64,000 bases of DNA from Tubiluchus corallicola (lineage: Eukaryota; Animalia; Priapulida), in the NCBI GenBank assembly GCA_030141605.1, contig JAQGDQ010000073.1:124001-188000 (forward strand), read 5' to 3'. This document shows, one piece after another, positions 12,622 to 25,932 of the stretch (its first letter is position 1; every line of letters starts with the position of its first letter). The notes under the pieces are model-generated. The model had not been told where the DNA came from and did not search any database. It saw only the letters and a program-made list of their open reading frames with translations. Made by a program: the position numbers and the translations under genes.

Positions 12622-15600
12622 TCACCACCTAGCACCACTCACATTGCCCTGCATCTGAATTTTCTTAAAAAAGTGAAAATGGTCCAAATACTGTTGCACA
12701 GTGTCCTTGGGTGAATATGGTTCTTTCATTCGGGTTGTCAGAACCGTTGGGGGGCTCTGAATGCAGTTTCCCATAAATCCGTGCATGAATTCTTTCATAA
12801 GCTCATAGCAACTGACAGGGATTTCACAAGGCAAATATTCAACCTAAAAACAAAACGTCTCAGTCTTAGTCTCACAGCAGAAAATATTCAGTGAACATAA
12901 TACAATGAAGTTGGTAAAAGCACTGTAGTTAACAGTCAGTTTATTTTATAACATTTCATTAAATTTATTACCATTATTAAATTAATAGCATTACAAATGT
13001 TAAAGGAATGAAGCACATAGCATGTTGAGTTTATTTTAATGTTATCACTTAAACTTAGAAAATATAACTAAGAAATTTGCAAAAAACTATAAAGCATAAA
13101 ATTAATAAATACTACTGCTGTACAGAAATTTTCAGGTGCTATTCACTTGGAAATTATGACGTAACTGTTTGACTTCATGATTTTGCGGAACCACATTGTG
13201 GCTGCTAAAACTAACTGAAAAACTGCAACCTGTAAACCTAATGTTCAGACAAAAGCACCACAAAATAAATGTCTTATTTTTTTGTTACTGTTTTTCTTCA
13301 GCCAAAGAGTGATGTCACTGGCAGAAGAATAGGCATTTAAAATGGGAATGCCCAAGCAAAAATGATCTGATAAAGTGATTTTACTAATTACACGAGGCAC
13401 ATCATGATATTTTTCTTGCTAAATCATTCTAACAGTTCTCGAAAACATTGGAATAAATTTAACTTCTCAGAAGCTTGGCTTTCCCTTTAACGCAAACAAT
13501 GTTAGTGGCGAAGCCCATGGCTAAGACAATAAGCAACCGTGCTTTCATGCGAGATAGAACGTGGTCGGTTGGGTTCAATACATGCTCGCCTAGAGTGGCA
13601 TCAAAAATCCACATTTTCAAAGTATTTAAGAAGTACGCCAGTATTATTCTGCTATATTGTTAGAAAAGAACCTGGGAAAATGAGCAATCCTATTACTCAA
13701 GACACCTATACAATGCATAAAATATTCTGTATCCAGGAGTATATCCGAGACTAGATGAATTCCGGAGACCTAGGTGAGTGAATTTGCTCACCACACATTG
13801 CTCAGTAATCCACTCCAATGCACATACGTCATAAATAAAAATGTTGGGCATAACTCAAGTGTAAAAACTCCCTCTGCCTTGTCTGACATTAGCAATTATA
13901 AAAAGTAAGATCAACGCATATTTTGCAGAACTTTTCTTCGCTCCTACTAGCATACCTCTACAAGAATTCCTTTGAAACTGCCACCCGTTGTCACACTACC
14001 GACTTTGATGAGAAAGTCACACAGCTCATACCTCTGCCCACTAGATTGGATCTTCAAGTTGTCCTTGCGATTATAAATCCCATTCAACTTCATGAGGAAG
14101 ACATCGAGCAGACTGTCGGCAGAAAGGCACAGGCCGCTCTCAAGAACCGCAAATGTAGTAGCTGGCTGCTCTCCATTGTGAATAACGTAAACATTTTTAG
14201 GAGGAGCTATAAAAGGCAAAATGGGTGTTATCATAATAATGAATTAGCAATCATTCGGTAAAATGACAATGAGTAAAAATAACTGACAAATGTAAATACT
14301 TCTTGCAAAGATGTAAATACAAAAAAGCAAATTTATGTAAAATTTCTTATTGTTGCATGCTTTTTTATTTTTCACCTTTCAAAAGATAAAAAAGCACTGG
14401 ATGCGGATTTTCTTGAAACTGTGAGTCTCATAAAATCATACCAAAAGTTTTATTACAGACATAGGGTCCCGTTTTATGCATGTACTTTCTGAACAAACTA
14501 GCTCTCAAATACCTGAGGTACAAGCAAACCAAGACTCTAGCATTTACGCCCGATAGTAGAAGTTCGATGCAGTACTTAGACAATTTTTGTAGCTGAGCAT
14601 AAAACAATTCTACATCAAGGGAAAGTTGAAAGATCTAGTCACTACAATAATTTAGAAGGTTCCAGATGTAGGATTTCTGCCAGGGTTCATACTCCCACAG
14701 ATTTTTACTGTAGAACAATTTTATGGTTTGTAAACCCATTTCTTTTTAATTCTGTTCTAGATACAATTGCAATTAAAACACAAGAAGAGTGTGATTATAT
14801 TTATGAGTAAACAGTTTCGACAATTACCTGCTGTCCCAAAATTGGACTGATAATTTTCGCAATCAACAATAAATGTTCCAGCTTTTGTTGCTCCAAGTGC
14901 TTCTAATCTTTTGTGCAAAATCTCGGCAGCTTCAAAACCACCTTTCCCTTCTGGCACTGGCCACTGATACACACTAAACGAAAAAAGCACATCACATGAC
15001 CAACTAAAAGTCAAATTCAACCAGCTCAATGTCTATAACGTTTTGGCTCTCAATATTAATGTAAGTTTATCAACAATGCCTCTATTATCAATACTGGTAT
15101 GCATCATATTCACAGTGGCAAAACTTACCTACGCCATTAATATGCTAGGCATGCCAGTATCGTTCATTTATAGTAGCAATGTAGAAAACTACCTGGGTTA
15201 TATGAAGTTTTAACTAGTGAATCCTGCAAATCTTTCTGAAGACAAAATCTTAACTTTATCAGCTTTATTAGCACAACTTTATTCTTGTACTAACACAACA
15301 CTATTAGTCATCTGTCATAAAATAAGCTGAAAAAGTTTAAACTCTCACTCTCCCCTTTGTTATCCAAGGCCATAGCTTCATCAAATGTAACTTTTCATTA
15401 GGTAAATGCTTTTCATGAGTTCAGTTCTGAATTTGCAATTCACAATGATTTTTCACACAATTTTGCACTAGTTTTACACAGAACTGCTTTAATTTGGCTA
15501 ACATAACAAGTTGAGAAGAATGAGGATTTTTTTAAGATTTTTATTGTTTATTTTGCTTACATGGAAAAACACAAAGTGCAAGAACTTAAAACTAAAAGCA

Positions 15601-15903
15601 AAAGATATAAAAAATTGCCAAAATGCAAGGGCAACATATAAATGCAAGGCAAGCAACTGAAAATTTATGTACAACAAAACAGTACATTGGGTTAAATGGA
15701 TGCAAGATGTATGACTATGAGTATGAAGCAGTCTTATTGTCTCCATAAATCTTTAAATATCTTTTTTATTATCCTTGATATTATCATATGGGTTTAATTA
15801 AGTAATCATGTATGTCAGTGTCACAGGCTAATTAATTGCGGTAACTTTGAAAGTTTCATTCTAAAATGAAAACTCATGCAAATTCTCACCAAACAACTCC
15901 CAT
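12622..15903 (-). CDS. MED20: Mediator of RNA polymerase II transcription subunit 20, 4 coding exons, 210 aa
   Basis: Exons 15903-15890 (MGVVC), 14973-14828, 14206-13956, 12843-12622, frame-consistent GT-AG. Motifs VPEGK, LGATKAGTFIVDCENY, YVIHNGEQP, RYELCDFLIKVGSVT, KGILVEVEYLPC and YSPKDTVQQY. Confidence 0.96.
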
Positions 15904-16713
15904 TCTAACTTTATCAGAAAATTGAAAAACACGCTCTAGTTTAGAACTTCATGCTAACGTTCAGTTCAGCGACAACAGGTAATCTGTCTTACAGCTGCAT
16001 TTTCTAGATATTAAACTTCTGTGTATGACAAACGTGGCCTGATATTCATGGTTAGACCGTACACTGCACGTCACGCATATTTACAAAGGCGGATAAAATC
16101 TTAATAAAATTGCATATAAACTTAAAACAGCATGGTAATCTGCATTTGTGAGTCTCAGTGCAAACATCTGTTCAGTGCATTGAAACAAAACTGAAAACGA
16201 AACGTGCCACAAGCGGTGATTTCAATTCATTGTCTAAGACCAACATTATAAACAACAGCAACAACACTTTGCTATTCCGATTCTCGACTCTCTCCACCTA
16301 ATATAGGCAGGCGCCTGAAATAATGTTCATCTATCTTCTCTCCCTTTCCTCAGTTTCTCCTTCATCTTTTACTTGCACAAAATCACACAATGCCCTTTCT
16401 TCCCTACTGCTTTCTATCACAACCTCATCACTCTCTGTCTCCATTTTCTTGCATTGTTTAGTTGTTAATTAGTACTTATTTGGATCAGATGTATTTTAAG
16501 AAGAAATTTCAGGTATGACCTTATAGTGTGTCATACTTATCTTTGTTTGTTTTTAACTAGTTTCTACTGATTATTTACCCCCTCCCCTACAAAACTGTTA
16601 GCCTATGATCTATGCTGCTTTTTGTCATTTTAATCTTAAAAAAATAAAGTTAGTACATATAATTAATTTAGCTGTCTCTAATACTAAATTTATAATTACT
16701 GAATTTTATAAAA

Positions 16714-17464
16714 TTAATGACATAATAACGTGCTCACTATTATTAAAAAACAATAATTCTTCATGATGTTAGTATAGATAATAAACGTACCCTTGCTTTC
16801 TTTGTCACTACCTTGCTTTTGCCTGGGCCATGGGCATCGTTGCTTTTTGACTGCAATGAATCCGTCACTATTGTCTTCAGCAGCAACAACTTCCTCACAC
16901 GAATGTTGTTTGTCTGAATTTCTTAGTTGAAAGTTTTCATCATGACTGTTGGCTGCTTCTGCATAGTTTTTCTTTTGCTGTGAAAGAGAGTCTGATGCAT
17001 TAGCCGATTCAGACTTATTTGGATGTGCTTTCAGTAGAGCATATAGTTCACTCCTGGACACGGAATTTTGTTTAAGGTCGTTAAGCTCTTGTGAACAATT
17101 TTGCAGCTTCTTTAAAATCATCGAGGTGTCCACTGATTTTAGAGCCATCAGCGGAATCTTAAGTGAATATGCAGACACAAACCTAGGTGTCGGCACTGCA
17201 TCTATTATTGACATATACTGCATGAGTCTGAGAATGTCCATTGCAATTGCTCTGCGTTTCATAGGCCTGATTCTGTTCTTTCTGAAGTGTAGTCTATTAT
17301 TTACTTCTGCTGGCATAAAGACCAAAAGTAATGTTTTTGCTTCTTCGCATAGGTATAATGATCGCGGATAATGATTGATAGATCTAAATATGTTGCCTCA
17401 GCTTCCAACTGGTTCTGTGCAAAACAATTTTCTTCATTGTGAATAAACACTGTTTTCTCGCCAT
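16714..17464 (-). mobile_element. Non-LTR retrotransposon ORF1-like relic (203-aa open stretch plus frameshifted N-terminus)
   Basis: Pattern VFIHNEENCFAQNQL...AKTLL...DILRLM...PRFVS...IP...DTSMILKKL, then a coiled-coil-like run, then NYAEA and DGFIAVKK. This resembles ORF1 of invertebrate LINEs. No adjacent ORF2. Confidence 0.6.
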
Positions 17465-17749
17465 TAATTTGATTAAACCTGACTTTGGCATTTGCCCACG
17501 TTTTGACTTAAGGAGAAGGATTCGTAAAGAAAAGTTTCAGAATCGCCATTATCTAGTGCTCACTTTCTAGATGTATAGGATTTTGTACAAATAATTAGCT
17601 GTCCAAATTCTGCGCATGGCACGTACAGCATCAGGGTATTTCCTCTTGCATAAATTGCACATTATGGGAGTCATAATAGCTACTTAATTGCCCAGTTATC
17701 AGGACAATACATGCGTGATTAACCACAAGGCTACCTTCTTAGTTTAAAC

Positions 17750-18470
17750 AATATTTTTATTTGATAAGAAACATTACAATCATAAATACATTTATAATAA
17801 AAGTATGGGCACATAATCAAACGCTGATTGGCTAACAGGTATAATCTATATGCCTTTCAGAGAGCAGATACTTCTTTTATAAATTAAGTAGGCCCAGGAT
17901 TACAAGAACCGTTAGTTATGTATTAAGTAATACATACTATAGCATTGTTAGTATTAGGATAAAGTGAGATATCGCCACATAGTAGTATCTGGATATTATA
18001 CTGAGTGAGTGCATTTATAAGATAGATATACTGGGTAGGGACTTGTTGGTAAAGTGGACCAGTGCACAGGAAAATGGTTGGGTCTTCACAGGGAGTGTCA
18101 CAGGAGTGCTGCTGAGGAGGGACAATTAGAATACATGTGTACTTTTAGTAAACTGCAATTCATTCTCATCCGTGCCATATCAACTTGCCCAAACCTAGCA
18201 CCAGTAGCAAAACGAGTTGGTGGCTCACTAACTTTAAACTTACCTTAATTAACCAGCTTACATTTAAATTCAGCAAGCGAGGGAGCATTTCTAATCTCAT
18301 GGGGTAAATTGTTCCAGGCTCGGGTTGTTGCACTTATAAAAGAGCTGTGGTAAGGACTAATTCTATGACATTCACAAATAAAATTGGTCGCAGTTGCGAA
18401 GTGCATTATTCTCTGTGATTGTTCTTACTGTTGGTGGTAACAGATTTTTAAGGTATGAAGGAGCAAGGCA
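17750..18470 (-). mobile_element. 3' fragment of a CR1/L2-group LINE
   Basis: Minus-strand SSFISATTRAWNNLPHEIRNAPSLAEFK and GARFGQVDMARMRMNCSLL, then a degenerate Cys/His motif and an A-rich tail near 17755. Confidence 0.75.
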
Positions 18471-19311
18471 AAGCTACCGACATCACCAGATCTTACTGCC
18501 TAACAGGTTCATAGCCAAAGTTTTGCAACAGTTTCAGTAAAAACGGTAGTTTTTCACAAATGTTAAAAATACGGTTGGTCAATTGCCAGTGAAATTATTG
18601 TAGTCACCTTGCTGGTCAATTCGTACACACGCTTGATATAAGTCTCAAGTGGAACAATTCCAGAATTCAACATAAAAGGCTATAAATTGCAAACACTTTA
18701 TTTATACATCTAACCTGAGCAATCAACCTACGCATTGAGAGTGGAATGGTTAATATGGAAATCGTGCTACTGAATTAGGAACTAATTATAATAAAGTAAA
18801 ATTCTGGAGTGCTCATGTAACAACAGCAAAGTCCTGGGGAGTTGCAATATGGGCAGTGAGTTGAGCTGTGTGGAGACCAGGTGTATTAAGGCACACTTTG
18901 TAGTACTTTGTTATACATGCATAGAAGTGTTCAATTTTAATTCAGCAGTATGATCTGAAGGTAGAGTGTTTACATAGTTTAAACACTAGATAATTTAGTA
19001 GCAACTCAAGACGTCTTATATCTTGTACGCAGATGTGTTGTGAATATTACTGTATATTCAAAACGTTAAGATGACACCATAATATTAGAAGATTAAGCTG
19101 TTTTGTTTATTGGTTTGATGAGAGCAATCTGATGTCATGATGTTTTGGTATGTCTTCATTTAATTGTAGGTGACATTTTCTTCAATAAACTTCCCCCATA
19201 TTTACTCCAGTTGTTTGATGAGAGTGGATTCTCTATTTATCCAACATGACGAACAATAAACGATTGCAATCACAAAAATACGCCCCAAAAAACTTGAAAC
19301 CCTAACTACAG

Positions 19312-19405
19312 AACAAAGCAGGGCATGGAAGTGTATCAGGGTAGGTCAGGATAAGACGGATAGGACAGGTTAGGATGGTGATGCATAGGCAGGGCAGGAA
19401 GTATT
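19312..19405. repeat. Decayed (CAGGR)n-like pentanucleotide microsatellite
   Basis: GCAGG/TCAGG/ATAGG/ACAGG units in tandem. Confidence 0.5.
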
Positions 19406-20152
19406 GGACAAGTCCTTCAATGAAAATTTCCTGACAATCTCTGCTGCTCGACAAATACAGTGAAATACAGTAAGCAACTGGTACTGCTTGATAGACTGTT
19501 GCAAGGACGTTATAAATAATGTTTAGGCTTAGGCTGGTGCCCAACTGGGTGACATCTGTATGGTGGCATTGTCAGCTTGCACTACCTGTTAGGCAAAACT
19601 TTTGAAGTGTGCAATTAAAATAGAATAATTATTCTCATGTAGCGTGTTTCACGATAAATTTGGCTAAATCATGAAAATAATAATTGTTTTTATGCAAAAC
19701 TTTGCAAAAGTCAAACCACTGTTAGCTGTATCTCAGGTCACAAGTTTTTGTTAGTGTGGAAGGAAAGAAAATTAGTGATGGTTTTTGACAGTAACAATTA
19801 TACTGGTCAGCAGTAAAATTGGTCAGCAGAAAAGCAAAAGCTAAGATGTAACTGGTTGAGTGAGCGTCTAACAGGAAAACGTTTCTGACTGCAAACAACG
19901 GGGTTTGGAAATAGCCTCTTTAGGTCTTTGTTGAAATTATAACGTTATAAGCAGAATCGAGCAACGAGCATATAGTTCGCACAGGAGTATAAAGAAAACC
20001 ATTTGAGTACAAATACGTGTGGAATTTTTCGTTTTTGAATTTGTCACTGGCTAACTTGTTTTTGTGCGGTAACGCGGTGCGAATCGTGCAAATTGTTCGT
20101 AAATTATAAAAGATAATAACTAGTATTTTTTCTCTATCGTATTTATTGTGAT

Positions 20153-23100
20153 ATGGCAGCGGTAAGAAATTTCTACTAGTTATTTTCTACTAGTTTCTTG
20201 AGTATTTCAACAAGAAGCTTAGTCTTTATCAAAATAACATTACAATCTATCATTTCTGAATCTCATCGCTACAACAATATTTATTTGTTAGCAAAATCAG
20301 ACAAAAATATGAAAATCGTTTTTATTATTAAATGTTTACTTTTTTGAACGGCTCAGTCTTTTCCATACTTTGGCTATTTAACTCCAATAATAAGTCTGAC
20401 CTCAGCAATTTTGGTAGCTTTGTCAGTTAATACCTGCTGTGTAGATTAAGCAAAACTCACCATACCGTTCATAAACAATAGTGAGGAATGCTGATTGAAC
20501 GTCAGGGAAAAGTTTTTTGTCTGATGTAAATATAGGCTTTTCATGTTATTAAGCTTAGTTAATTGTTAATTAAACCTTTGTATAAATACATGTCTTAACT
20601 TATTGTCGAGATACTTTATGTAATAGTTATAAGTCATGGGTCGTTTTTCCTTGATAAAGTACTCTCATCTTATTTGAGCAAATAAACTGAATTGAATTGA
20701 CTTGTCGGTGTCATAATGAATAACCATGTCCAAATTATATTAATATAATAGTTAATATTAATAATATGTGTGTTTGCATAGCAAAATAGTCCATTAATCG
20801 GCAATTAACGTTTTATAGTTATTCACACACTCTGAATCTCCAATTCATGAGGATCATTTTGGTACCAAGTTCATCGCTCTATGTTATTTCTAAGCTGAGC
20901 TAATCCACGTTAAAGTTGTGGTGCAGGCTACACACCAGAAAACATAATCTCCAGAAAATCATTGTTAAAGTCAGCTATTGTAACGTCTCTACAGATAAGA
21001 TAAGATAATATTTATTTTCATCGGTATGATATAAAACAGTACATATTTGTAAAACATGAGCTTAAAGCTCGTCAACCGATATCAAACATAATGTATATGA
21101 GCGATAACATGGTAATAATATGTACTTCTTAAAATCTTTTGGATGCCACCAGAGGTATTGGTACAAGAAAAAAAAATTTATAACTACATGAAGACAGTAA
21201 AAATTTCAGACAGTAAAATTTTAGGCAGTAACATTTTCTAAAATTTACACAAAAAGCTATCTAGGTCAATAAAAATTTTTCCTGCCAACACATTCAGCAT
21301 TTAATTACGACTTAACAAAATTGGGAAGAATTTACAAATGGCACATTTACACGATCGCTGAATTTACCAAGATTTTCGGCCATTCGGAGACAGTTTGGCA
21401 ATTCATTCCACAATGTGGCTCCATAAGAGGAGAAACTTTTCGCTACAAAACGCTTAGCAACCATGCGAAAGTGTGGTTGCTATGGACTTTGCAAGAGCAC
21501 ATTGAAGTTGTGTTTAAATTCAGTAGATGGCTCTTCGTGACGAAGATTTGGGCTTGACAACAGGAAAAACGTGAGTGACTGTTTCCACGAGCTACTATCA
21601 GAATTTGAAGATACAAGTTTTTTGCAATTGCAGTACTAGTTTCTAGACAGAGAAATGGGCACGGGGTTATAAAATTAAATTTTTAGTGTTTTTAGGACAT
21701 TTTTTTGATAATTTGATGCTAGAATATAAAAGTCCAGTATATTTAGCATTTGTTTTTATAAAAAACAAAAAATAAACATTAGACCAAAATTTTGGGTCAT
21801 TCTACTTTGAGGCATCATAACGTAGTTTTAACTATGCCGATTTATGGATGGTTTTGGTTTGCATGCACATGTATATTATATATATAAAATTAATAATATA
21901 TTATTTTTTTTTATTTTTTACGCTTAGTTCAGTACATAAAAGTACCATAGAATAATAAACAAAGCATAGTTAAAAATCACAATTAAAAATATTTCTACAA
22001 AACAAATAAAATAAATATTTACGCAAAGAACAGAGAATTAGTAAGCTAAATATGTAAAAAACGGTTAGTAAGTGTATATTCCCATCGCTGCAACAATATA
22101 TTATTACAGTAATATAATACATCATAATATTTATGTTATTTTATATTATCTAAATTAATTGTAATGGCTGAAATGCAGTATAAATGTGTAAATTAATTAT
22201 CTCTTAAGCAATTCTGATATTTCAAGTGCCAAATTCCATCTAACTGTAACTGTTGCAGATTAAAGCCATTTTATTGATAACCATAAAGTTAATGGGAAGA
22301 TAGAGCACTGATTGCGTCACTGGCTATTGACTTTTGCAACCCTGTATGTCCCGAACATGTGGTGAATTTGTTGCTAAAATCGAAATAAATAAATTAATGT
22401 TGTGAAATTATGTTATTTTCGTTATTTCGGATATGTGTAATGTAGTTTTTAATTGAGATAGTTCATAGTTAACGGTATACCGGGTCAATATCAGTTTTAT
22501 AAATAGTTGTCTTAGCAAAAGACATATTTGTGCTGCAACTCGGCATCTAAATAAAGCTACACAAAATACAGTGGGAAATGCACAATTTAGTCATGTGCTA
22601 AAACCGAGATTAGAATAAAACTTTGTTAAACGAAACCCAAAAAATGCTTAGATTTTGTTATGAAATTAAGATGATTAAACACCCAACATGTAGTTCTTGA
22701 GCAAGCCTGAACTGCTTGATTTTGTGTGAAAACATTTTTAACATACGTGATGTTACTTTTTTCATCATCGACTAGCTAAACAATACTCATTTTTATTGAC
22801 TGAAAACTGAAAAGCGAAAAAAACCACACTTAATGCTGAAATGATAGAAATTATTAGGTAAAAAGCAGGTAGGATTGTCTTACCTTTCTGGTGGCAAAAT
22901 ATTGCAAGCCTGTTATGTCTTGCCCCTTTTTCTGTTAAGGCTTTGATCATTCTGTGCAACAGCTACTCTGTCAAATACTTTTGAATAGTCCTTCAGTCTA
23001 ATGGAAAAGTATTTCTCCACAATTTCTTTCATAAATTGGAAAACTTGGAAACCGTGGTGTTCGGTTGTGATCGGTGAATGAGTTCTGATTGACTTGGTTA

Positions 23101-25932
23101 TTAAATTATCCATCAGCATGGTAAATTATTGAGCCGATCAGGCCATGAGAATAACTCAATTTATAAGAAAATGCAAAAATAAAATATTTTAAAGCTCATT
23201 GTTACAGCAGAATTATTTGCTTGTTGCAACCATATTTCGTTCAGTTGCCATTACGACAATATCCAACACTCAAAGGGCACCAGCTAAACGCATGCAGCAG
23301 ATTAAGCATTTCAGTCCCACTGCTGAGTTGCTCATTAGAACTGTTTTGCTGCACTATTTATCTCGTACCTTAATGAGCAGTCTTGCTAAATTTTCGTCGT
23401 GTTCAGGCAAGGTGTTGGTTTGCAGCGAAGACTGCGAAGATGAATGAACATTTACCATTTACGAACTTTTTATTCTCACTAAGCAGTGGTCATCTGTTTA
23501 GAGTAGAACCTGTTCTAGTAATCGTAACAACGAGCATGAATATATGAAGAACAATTGAAAATCCACAACATTATATTGTAGTTATATTAAACTCACTTAG
23601 CTTTCTGTGCCCTATCTGAAAAATTTATGGATTTGTGGGTGCTACTTTGTGGTTCAGGCAGGTGGAACTGTTGCACCTTAACTAAGAATCATTAACTTAT
23701 GTAACTCAGCAAGGATTCAAAGTTCCATTAAAACATCTGGTTTTTATTTTACTTTACTGATAAAATTAATGAAGTCCTAAAAATCAAACAAATGATTATA
23801 ATTAAATCATGAAGTCCTGTGGGTAATATCTTTTGATATGCAAAGTAATTGATAAGACAACAAAATAATTTTTTTAGCAGCAATACCTACGTATTTTATG
23901 TGACTTGTGATCGATTGGTGATCAAATCGTCGTGGTGAACAACAAAGTTTGCTGTGATCAGCCCATCACTAGTAGTTAGCCAATTTCAGGTGGGCATTTG
24001 TTTGGAAAAAACTTAATTCGTCGACCAGTCGGCTTTTGAAATTCCAATATCAGAAGGTTTTTGTAAATTTTTTTTACAAATAAATAATTTCTTGTTGCCA
24101 ATTACACATTTGCAAATGACAGATTCAGCATATTTTACATTTTACAATATTATAAACTGTGTCTGTCGCTACAATTAGTCCACCTCGAGTTTTTTGCAGC
24201 TGTCATTTGCTGTTGCTGTCCTTCAAAAATTGGTTCAAAATAGCAATGATCAAAATCATTTGAGTAGTAAGTATTAATTAACAAAGAAGCACAACTCTCA
24301 CACTTGACACGACCTGTTAGAAAATGTAAGAGATGTAACCAACATTGTAAAACAAAACGTTACGTTGTCATATATCAACCGTGTTGTTGAGTTTTCATCA
24401 TCAATGGCCTAATCACTAAGGCCATTTTCCACATACTGTTGTCTACTTTATGTAATATTCACCTTTTTTCCATACATATTGTTGTTTAGACATTCATTAA
24501 ACAAATTGTTACCCTCAGTTTTACTCTTTCCAGGCCTTGCCAGTAAACCCCAAACCATTTCTAAACGGACTAACAGGAAAACCCATTATGGTGAAGTTAA
24601 AGTGGGGCATGGAGTACAAGGGATATTTGGTGTCTGTGGACGGTTATATGAATTTACAGGTTTCTAAAGTACCATATTAATGTCAGATGAAAGAATAACT
24701 TGTTCATTATTATTTAGGTTTTTCTGGAAATGTGCTGCATAAATTTAATGATATTAAGAAAGTAATTGCTAGACACATAGCAGCTGCAGCTCAGTAAAGC
24801 TGCAGTGATATTAAAATCTGTGACATATTGCTGATAAAATGTGCTTGGATTTTTAACTGCTTGAAGGTATGAACTGAATCAAGTGCTTCTTCAATGAATG
24901 CATCATTATTTGCTGGCTAATTGCTTAGATGTTTTGCCCACGTAAAATTTTATGGCATTAGTGTCAAGCACTTCCACCTTAAGCATTAAAATGGTGAGGT
25001 TTTTAATGTAAGAGACTAACATCATTTGTCAAAAGCTAATAAGCTTTGTTCTTTTACTGATGATAGACATGCTTTTGGGAGATGGTTGGTACTGTGTTTT
25101 TTTTATTCACCAAATCAGTGAAGCTTTTTCACCATTTTGATCAAAAACGTAGTATCCCAAAACTAAATTATATTATAGTACTTTTAAAATAATAAATTAT
25201 ACTTTTCTCTGTTTCAGCTTGCAAACACAGAGGAATATATAGATGGTTTATTAACTGGTAATCTTGGTGAAGTCCTAATAAGGTATTGTTCGTCTGTCCA
25301 TAAATTATACTTTTAAACTGCTAACTTGCCTAAGGCGTTGCATTGATGATAATTTAAAAAGTCAGATTGCTGATTTGACTTCATGCAGCAATAATAAGTT
25401 AAGTGGATTCTCCGACATTATTCTAAGAAGTAGGAGAACCTCAACCAATTTTTATGCATTCAGGTATTTGCTTACTGTTTCAAATATTTCTGTGTTATGA
25501 GTGTGGAGGATAAAGGTATCACAGAGCACTTGTGAACAAATAATTTGCTGGTTCTGGAACAATTCACCTAAGAATTTTTGAAATGTGGTGTGAAGCATTT
25601 ATTGTTATTTATATAATCATAGTAGGCATGGAATTATATTTGAGTTTGTTAGTTTACTGCTTGTAGTAAAAATGGTGTTTATGCGAGGAATTGTTTATCT
25701 GAAGTATTTCCATAGGTTAGTTGTAAAATTCCAACTAAAATTTTTATTAGAACAAAATTGAAATGGCTTTGATAATGTTACAGATTTAAAGACTGATGCT
25801 GTTTTGTGTGTTGTACAGACAATCTGCATGCTGGGTTTTTGACTATATTCGGTTTGATTTTTCAGGTGTAATAATGTACTGTATGTTCGAGGTGTGGAAG
25901 AAGAAGATGAAGAAGGAGAAATGAGAGAATAG
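20153..25932 (+). CDS. SNRPF: Small nuclear ribonucleoprotein F (Sm-F), about 88 aa
   Basis: Exons 24534-24659, 25218-25282 and 25866-25932 give [51 protein letters not shown]...[28 protein letters not shown]. The start exon ATGGCAGCG|GTAAG at 20153-20161 is the best candidate but is less certain. AATAAA at 26121. Confidence 0.95.
20993..21640 (-). mobile_element. 3' fragment of a CR1/L2-group LINE
   Basis: Minus-strand [27 protein letters not shown]. The 3' end has AATAAA followed by a short (ATCTT)n tail, seen as AGATAAGATAAGAT on +. Confidence 0.7.
22760..23570 (-). mobile_element. Degraded P-element/THAP9-like transposase C-terminal remnant
   Basis: Minus-strand [27 protein letters not shown]...[11 protein letters not shown] resembles the H-x-L-x-K-x-I-x-Y-x-IRL...KLILF ending of THAP9-type transposases. 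Many stops; TIRs not identified. Confidence 0.5.

Noticed and set aside
13500-13600. tRNA-like B box (GGTTCAATAC); similar traces near 14560 and 33640
   Set aside because: No cloverleaf can be built; at most very old SINE heads.
13923-14261. 112-aa plus-strand ORF and similar antisense ORFs (e.g. 7699-7938, 38616-38909, 56376-56648)
   Set aside because: Shadows of real exons on the opposite strand.
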